The notes below the pieces were generated by a model that saw only the letters and a list, made by a program, of their open reading frames with translations, was not told the DNA's origin and searched no databases. 64,000 bases of DNA from the NCBI RefSeq assembly GCF_009914755.1, contig NC_060942.1; one strand, given 5' to 3'. The position numbers and the translations under genes were made by a program. The stretch comes from the human T2T-CHM13v2.0 reference genome, Homo sapiens. Below are positions 55,936 through 64,000 of this stretch, piece by piece. Positions within the stretch are counted from its first letter, which is position 1. Each line of letters opens with the position of its first letter.

Positions 55936-56554
55936 ATAGTGTGTGGGATCCCCTTCCATGTGGTCACTTTGGGATGGAACATCATGCTTCTGCTAATGTG
56001 CCAGTAGCCAAACTATTTGGGGAAATTCTATTTTGAAATTCAGAGCCACTTCAGAGCCATACAAGAAAGCAATGTTAGTCTTAGATAGCTTTTTGTTATT
56101 GGAGAGAAAATAAAATATACTAAAATAAAAAAAAAAATCAAGTCCACCTAGAAGGTAAGAATTGAAAACCTTTAAGAAGATTCAAGTAGGCATTAAACAA
56201 GAATTATATGAAAAGGAGGAAACAGCAGAGATGAATGTATTCCTTTAAAGACAGCACCCCACATTATATACTGGACTACTGATAATGTTTTTCCGATGAA
56301 AAGTGCAATCTTTGTTTCTACAGTTATAGAGTACTGATTTAATTTTGTTTTCTACATTTTTTGAGTAATGTTTGAGAATATCTTAAAAGGTTACGTCCAT
56401 TTTCTACTAAGTATTATAGGATCCGAGTCCATCTTAATATATTACCATTTGCTTCTTGTTGAAATAATAAAATCAACTATAAATTTTTTATAAAACTTAA
56501 AAATATTGTATTCTTGTTTGGTAATCTCAATATATGAGAGAGATTGAACATACA

Positions 56555-57092
56555 AATGGAATAATAACCAGACCACATACAAAACTAGAACTCTGACTCA
56601 TTGCCTGCAGGAATCTGCCCAGGAAACCAACCCTTTATCTACAATAAACAACCAGAAAGCCAACCTGCTATAAATCAGACTTGCAGGTAGCCAGATTGCT
56701 ATCACTAGCAACAACACAGGAAGCTAAACAATGATATCTATAACAATCAGCTCTGAATGGCCAGTCCTTGATTAATAACTGACAACTTTCCCGACTTTTG
56801 TCCCTGCTTCTAACTTAGGACCAATCACAGAGAACCATATATGTAGCTCCAAGCAATCACCTAGGTTGGCTCACGTGTATTTGGCCTGCGTACCACTTTC
56901 CCATGCCAATAGCTCCATTGGGGCACACTGGAAGCCTTCCCCTTGTTTCACTATAAAGCTTTCTTTCCCCCTCTCCTATCTGCCTTTGAGTCTCTGCCAA
57001 AACACAAGTAATAGTGACTTACTCCCTTGCTATAGCAAGGTCTGAATAAATAGACTTTGCATTTCTTACTTGGTTGGTTTTCACTTATTTCT
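56555..57092 (+). mobile_element. ERV1 solo LTR (MER67-like)
   Basis: CCAAT boxes, TATAAA at about 56952, ctgcctttgagtctctgccaaaacacaag...ctcccttgctatagcaag, and AATAAA at about 57045. Confidence 0.7.
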
Positions 57093-57989
57093 ATATATGT
57101 GATGCTCATATTTTTTTGCTCCTTCAGAACGTGATAAATATTGGACAACTTATGATTATTCTACATATTTTTGTCATGAAGAAATGTGTGGAAAAATGAC
57201 CACAATTAATAGAATGCTTCCTTTATTTTTAGACTACAGAAAACTATATTTAGATTCTGATTTAACATAATAGCTCTTCTCAGTTTCTTCTTTTGTATTT
57301 TCACCGCTCCTGATTATCTACTTGCTAATTGCAGTTTTAATTATACTCTCATCTCCAAGGGTCAGGAACCTTTTTGAGAGAAGAAAAAAATAATAAGAGT
57401 AGTTAATATCCTGTTCACAAATAAACCCCAAATACTTTGCATTTTTTGTGAATCAGCAGTTCCCAGTTCTTTCTTTGCAGCCTATGTTTGAAAATTTACC
57501 TGACAGATGAGGAAACTACAGTGAAGAATATTTTAGTATGCAAGACACTAGTGCTGATCGATGGGAAATTACTGGGTAAACTGCTGTGATTTGCAATCTG
57601 CAAGTAGCAGCAGAATAGAATGCCATTCTGGCTTAATTGTTCCCCTTGGTAGCTGGTGTCCGTGGGATGCTACTCTAGCTGTTTTGAAATCACCTTATTC
57701 CTGGGAATTATGATCATGAGATCTCTTCACAGCTAGTCTGCTGACTTGTATATCATGTTAGATCAAACAAAATGCTGTAAATGCTAGCTAAGTTGGGAGC
57801 TCCAGGCTGTTTGTACTCAATTACAAATGCTATGTGAGTTTTATTTTTCTTTCTGAGAATGTACTTAGGAGAAGATAAATACTCTTTGAACTTGAGTTGT
57901 CTAGCTAAGACCTACTATGGTGCTTAGATTATACTTCTATATGTTTTGCCCTTGAGAATCTGATGTGGGCTGTAGTCAACAGAGTTTAT

Positions 57990-58080
57990 TTAAAAAAAGA
58001 AGCAAAAGAAGAAAAGAAAGAAAGAAAGAAAAGAAAGAAAGAGAAAAAAAAGAAAAGAGAGGGAAGAAGGAAGGAAGGAA
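57990..58080. repeat. (GAAA)n/(GGAA)n purine tract
   Basis: Direct read. Confidence 0.9.
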
Positions 58081-59199
58081 TTATTCATTTTAAATCAACA
58101 AGAATTTTCTAATTTTTTTCTAATTCTCTCTGTCAGTGTGCCTTTTTGCTATGTCAAGTTATAAAGGAATTGAAAAACGCTTATTCTTTGAAGAAAGACC
58201 TGCAAATGAAACAAAGATAGAAGGCTGTATATATTTTGTCTTTTTATGCAGTCTCTCCTCTTTCATTTTGACTCTTTAGAACACCTGCACATGCCCTCCA
58301 GAAACAAGCACCTCTCTCTCTTGAGGTTTTCCCTTCACTGTTCTGGCAACTGAGTCATTCAGTACTCTGAGCACAGTGCTCCCTCTTGGGCAAGGCACCA
58401 AATGCCAACACATTTTATCCTTCTCCCCAAACCAAAACTTAACTCTATTCCTTTGGGGCATCTCCTTATGAATTTGGTTACAAATCAATTTATACTTAGG
58501 TGTTTAGAGATAATCCAAGTTTACTCACTATACATTAATATATATTTTAACAATGGACTCTTGAGAAAGGCCATGGTTCTTCATAATGGGAATTTAAAGC
58601 CCTATTGAAAGCCAGCAAGGGAGATGTAAGAGGCTGTTGGCCTCCCCTGAAATGACATTATGATAGGCCTTCTAACTTACCTGTGCAAAGCCCACCCTTG
58701 ACCTTGATGTCATAAAGAACCAAATATGATTCCAGAAAGTTTTTGAAGGCTTTATTCCTCAAAACATAACCTGCCAAAAAAAATCCATAGAATATCCAGA
58801 GTGATGCTTTGATGTGGTCTTATTCTCTCTGAGTTGTTATTTCTATCTCAGGTACTCCATCTCTAGGTACTTCTTCTGAAGATAGCAAATCATTCCAGAA
58901 AGGGACTCCCTGCACACCCTCAGCAGGAGCTAAAATCTTGTGTGTTCTCTGTTCCCAACACATTTGAGAGAACTGAGATCTTGTTTGTAGAATTAGGATT
59001 CAATTTACCTGTTTCTGTTTATTGGTCCATCCCTTGCTATGTTTGTAGTGTGTACTGTGCCTCTATGGGAGACTAAGAGTAGATTTCAGATACCTCCTGC
59101 TCTGGCTCTATTCTGTTCTTTGGGCTTCCTATTCAGCATCAGCACCAGGTCTATGGGATGCAAACCTTCTTTTTAAGCTAGGGTTGCTGACATCTGCCT

Positions 59200-59412
59200 T
59201 CCTAGCACAAGGGGCTTTGAGTCACACAAAATTGAGATCTGCAGCTTCATGGTGTGACCTTGGCTAGTAGATTAAACTTTCTCACCATTATTTTGTTTTC
59301 GTTGTTGATTTTCAAAATGGAGCTAATAATAGCTACTTTATAAATATCTTTGCAAAGTTTTAGAGCATTGTAAAATGCATAGCCTGGCATATATGCTTGG
59401 TGCTCAGTAAAA
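59200..59412 (+). mobile_element. MIR relic
   Basis: gtgtgaccttgg...aaaatggagctaataatagctac...gcctggcata...gtgctcagtaaa. Confidence 0.65.
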
Positions 59413-61286
59413 ATGTGGTCCTCCTGGCTCTGCTTTTCACCTTGCTAATCTCTTTGATTCTAAAGACAGATAAAAATTAACAAAGCATCTTTTTTTATGA
59501 AGCAAAAAGCACATAAAGTTAAAAAGTGTTAAATTATAAAACCAGGTCAAAGAATTACTTCAATTTTTCTGAGTCATTACTGAAGGAGTTAGGATACATG
59601 AATATGCTATGATTGAATTTATAGGTGGTATCAAAAGGATACCTGATCTTGCAAAAATGACAAACTATGTGTTGAATTTTGAGGAGTAAAAAATAAACCA
59701 CTAGATGTGAAGTTTTTCCTTTACTGATTGTGAATCAGCTAGAGTCAGGAGTCGGTGGACTTCTCACTTCAAAGTTATGGAATTTGTGAAGCTTGTCTTT
59801 GGTATCCCTTCCTGATTTCTTTTCTCCTGTTACTCTTTCTGTTTTTTCACATGTACAATGACCTAATTTCTCTTCTCTTTCTCCTTAAAAACTCAAAAGA
59901 AACCAATAACAGTTATTCAAATAGCAGTCATTATAAATCACTAGTTTCCAACACTCAAGGACCTTTACATTTTCAACATTATATATAGGAGTAGAAAGAT
60001 TGATCCCTAATTGAAGGGAATTGAGCCATTTTCAAGTACAGCAAGAAAATACTTAGAGTAAAACAGAAGCCCTTTCCCAAATTCCTGAAATAAACCACCA
60101 GTAATAATCATATTTGACTTTTCTTTTATAAAAACCACTGATCTTTGAATCTGTCCCATTGAAAAGATTAGAAGATTTGAATATGAGCATGGGTGCTTTA
60201 AGAGCTATGCATGCCCCTGAAAAGATCTAGAGAATAAAGTCCGGTACCTGTAAAAATAACATACTGTTATACACAGCATGTCCAGATATAGAACAGCACA
60301 GCTATGTAACAGTTTCAGTAACTGTAAAATTAGAGTAAAATTATTAAATATAAAAACATAGGATGACAAATGTGAATATGCTTTAAAATCATTTCACATC
60401 TATGGTACTGAAGCAATGGAGATTTCATGAATCAGATATCAGCATGTTCAACTAATATATGGACTTTTCAGGACATAGGAATAGCTCTTCCATCTTTTCA
60501 CTTGAAAATAAGTAAAAAGATAGTAAGCTTGTGTTTTTCTGCAATAATATTATTTATTTGGTAATTTATGTAGTAAAATTACACAGTAACAATAATTGCT
60601 TTAATGACCCACTTTCATTGTTTTGACACACAGAAATCAATTGTGTTCAATACAAAGAAATGTATTACATAGAACTCAGTATTTCCAGATGAGCTCATTT
60701 AAATAAATTTGCTTACAATATTTAGAACTACACACACACACATCCCACATCAGTTTTTGTCCAGGATAAAGTTTGTATGACTGAAATGATAAACCCTGAA
60801 ATATGATTGAATTGGATTTCCTAGTTGATTTAAGGCCTTACTGTTGGTTTAAGTACAGTCTTTTTCTTTGATTGGAATTGTGCTTATATGGACATATCTG
60901 GTGCATATGCTTTTAGGTATGCACGCAAGTCTTAAAAAACTAATTTATATTTGAAAAATGCAGAAGTACTTTTATTTATAAATGTATGTGTGTAGCAATA
61001 AGGCAAAGTTTCTTAAATAGATAATTAGCCTAGGAAGTGGATATGTAAGAATGAATATTTATATTAAATTTCTCACTCTTTCTCTGCAATAGACAGTTGG
61101 CCACTAGCCTTAGATAGCCAAGACTATTTTTATAGTCTATATTCTATATACTAAAGAGGTGCAAATGTGGGAATCTTGAATTTAAGACAGCAGGTAAGGC
61201 TACTTATAAACCCATGAGATTTTAAAGATTTTACTCTGTAATTATACAGACTTCTCCACAAGTAATTGTTTATATAAAGAGAGAGT

Positions 61287-61653
61287 TTCTTAGTCCATCC
61301 CTGCTGCTATAACAACATACCACAGACGGAGTAATTTATAAGCAACAGAAGTTTATTTTCACAGTTCTTGAGGCTGGGAAATCCAAGATCAAGTCGCCGG
61401 CAGATTCAGTGTCTGGTGAAGGCTCCGTCTCAGCTTTTTAGACAGCTCCTTGTTGCTGTGTCCTCACATGGCAGAAGGGCAAAAAGGCATAGCTAGTTCT
61501 CGCCAGCCCTTTTATAAGAACATTAATCCCACTCAGAAGGTCAGAGCCCTTATGACTTAATCATCTCTTAAATGTTTCACCTTCTAATACAATCACTTTG
61601 GGGCTGAAGTTCCAACATAAGAATTTGGAGGACACATACCTTCAAACAATAGG
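61287..61653 (-). mobile_element. MaLR solo LTR (MSTD/MLT1A-like)
   Basis: cttagtccat...tgctgctataaca...gaggctgggaaatccaagatcaag...gctgtgtcctcacatggcagaagg. Confidence 0.88.
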
Positions 61654-61664
61654 AGAGGGTTAGT

Positions 61665-62330
61665 TATTCAGTTACTCAGTATGTGTTGAACATACTATGA
61701 CCCAGGCACTGTGCCAGATATTCAGAAGACAATGGTGACTAAGAATCCAATTCCCAACAATAAGGAACAGGGTTCAGGGAAAGACTGATGAGAAAGCAGT
61801 GGTTACAGAAGAGATCAGTGTTCTGTGATGATAAATAATGAAACATATAATGCAGCTACTTTAGGGAGTCATTGAAGACATTCAAGAAGAAACAAAGGAT
61901 AAAATGAAACAAGAAGATGGTAGGAACAATAAAGTCATGAAGAAGGCTTTAGGTAGAAGGTGAGGATATGCTAAGGCTCAGAGAATTCCAGGGGATCCCA
62001 ACATACTCAATACATTGTAAAGTAAAGGGGAAAATAAGGGCCAGGTCGTGGAAGGTCCTTACACTGACCTAAATAATTAAGATCGCATGCTGTTACAATA
62101 GACACCATGGAAAGATTAAACAGGAAAATGATCCGACAAGGCTGGACCCTTAAAAGATTACTCAAGCTGCAGCATGAAAAATATATTATTGGGGATCAGG
62201 AATTGGGGTGGAAGATACGCTGCTTCGAGATTTTGTAATTTTGAAAAGAGTATTGGGAGTCTGAAATCAGATATTTTACTTGTAGTGAAAGAAATGCAAA
62301 CATTTCAGAGGCACTGTAATTAAGTGAAGG
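61665..62330 (-). mobile_element. L2 relic
   Basis: ttgaacatactatgacccaggcactgtgccagat (antisense L2 3' end) and downstream motifs. Confidence 0.65.
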
Positions 62331-62350
62331 GAATAAAAAATGGTAAAAGC

Positions 62351-62737
<387 letters not shown>

Positions 62738-63684
62738 TTAACAGGTACTATTTATTAGTCAGGGTAATTAATGCTAGCTGCTTATATTAAAAAATCTTAA
62801 AGCCCAATGGCATAGGAAAATTGAAGACTTGGTGTTGCTCACCTCATAGTTTTGATAAAGAAGACAGAGTTTTCCTAGTGGCCACTCAGGAAACTTGGCT
62901 TCTTCCATCATTTGCTTATTCTATATCAGGAACTTTTGATTCTATTTGCACTGGGGAAAGACAGAGAAAGAGACATTTTAAAAATACTTCTATGCCACTG
63001 TTTTTTAAATAGTATATATTGTTATCCTGACTAATATAAAAGTGGGATGATACCTTTGAATAACACTTTAAAAAAATAAAAATAAAAAAAAACTTTAAAC
63101 ATATGACAAATTTTAGTGATTAGGCAGCAAGCAGGAAGAAATGTGGCATCAGATTTTGGGAAAAAAATGCCTATACATGTTATACAGTAGCAAAAAAATT
63201 GGGGAGAAAAAAACACTATTCCCTGCAATAAAGTGAGAAGTGAACTATATGCCACAAGTGAACTGGCAGCTTTAGGTAGAGTTTGTTAGATAGAACCTTC
63301 CTTGTATATGTTTGTTGTCTGTGGCTGCCTTGAACAAGAATGTACAATACAGAGGAGACCTCAGGAGACACTTGGCCATGTTTCAAGCAGAGAGAGAACA
63401 GAGAAAGACCAGTAATTTGGGGGCTTGCAGGGCTGAAGAACTTGACTTTTTATAGACCCCAAATAATAAGACATGGAGTTTTAAATGGTATTAGCAACAA
63501 AGGATTAGTTATATTTCTCAAGTGAATATTGAGGGTCTTAGAACAAAGGTAAAATTAAAGACGTGTGATCCTCACTCAAGGCTAATATACCCTCAAGGTG
63601 GTCACCATTATGCTAAGAGAAATACATGTAGTCAACAAATCAAAGATATAAAGCCAATCTTGGAACTATGTTTAAAAAAAAAAT

Positions 63685-64000
63685 CGCAAACTGAATCCAG
63701 CAGTGCATCACAAAGCTAATCCACTACAATCAAGTAGGCCTTATTCCTGAGATGCAAGTTTGATTCCACATATGCAAGTCAGTAAATATGATTCATTACA
63801 TAAACAGAACTACAAACAAAAGCATATTATCATCTCAATAGCTGCAGAAAAGGCATTTGATAAAATTCAACATCCCTTCATGTTAAAAGCCCTCAACAAA
63901 CTAGGCACTGAAGGAACATACTTCAAAATAATAACAGCTGTCTATGGCAAACCCACAACCAACATCATACTGAATGGACAAAAGCTAGAAGCATTCCCCT
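63685..64000 (+). mobile_element. Primate L1 ORF2 (RT region), continuing beyond the window
   Basis: atcatctcaatagctgcagaaaaggcatttgataaaattcaacatcccttcatg ([16 protein letters not shown]). Confidence 0.92.

Noticed and set aside
60265-60321. 57-nt minus-strand exon-like segment (ttttacag ... ACA|gtatgt)
   Set aside because: The donor is mediocre and the peptide is unrecognised, so support is insufficient.

Overview
This is human genomic DNA: an AluYb8 with its diagnostic 7-bp insertion is present, and that subfamily is human-specific. The window is AT-rich and CpG-depleted, and it looks intronic or intergenic. I found no recognisable protein-coding gene, tRNA, rRNA or CpG island. The ORFs in the supplied track are decayed L1 or Tigger fragments, Alu read-throughs, microsatellites or chance ORFs. 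Much of the window is interspersed repeat. The first 13 kb is a nested L1 pile: an L1MC-type host is split by a full-length L1PA13-16/L1PB-type element, which itself carries an Alu and a foreign insert. Other elements are a twin-primed inverted L1 (23.9-25.6 kb), a near-complete Tigger7 holding a MER47 and two AluY elements (38.8-42.2 kb), solo LTRs (THE1, MLT1, MER41, MER67-like, MST) and many MIR/L2/L3 relics. I cannot support a new biological system. The most unusual signals are structural: (i) three local duplications of very different divergence at 26.3-31.0 kb, one a perfect 67-bp copy 3.9 kb from its twin; (ii) an Alu whose poly(A) tail is replaced by a G-rich filler; (iii) an ancient L1-like fragment apparently retroposed into a younger L1; (iv) a probable L1 3' transduction; (v) several exon-shaped segments at 54-61 kb that may belong to a spliced non-coding transcript. 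Repeat subfamily names come from recalled consensus sequences, not a database search, and the boundaries of old elements are approximate.
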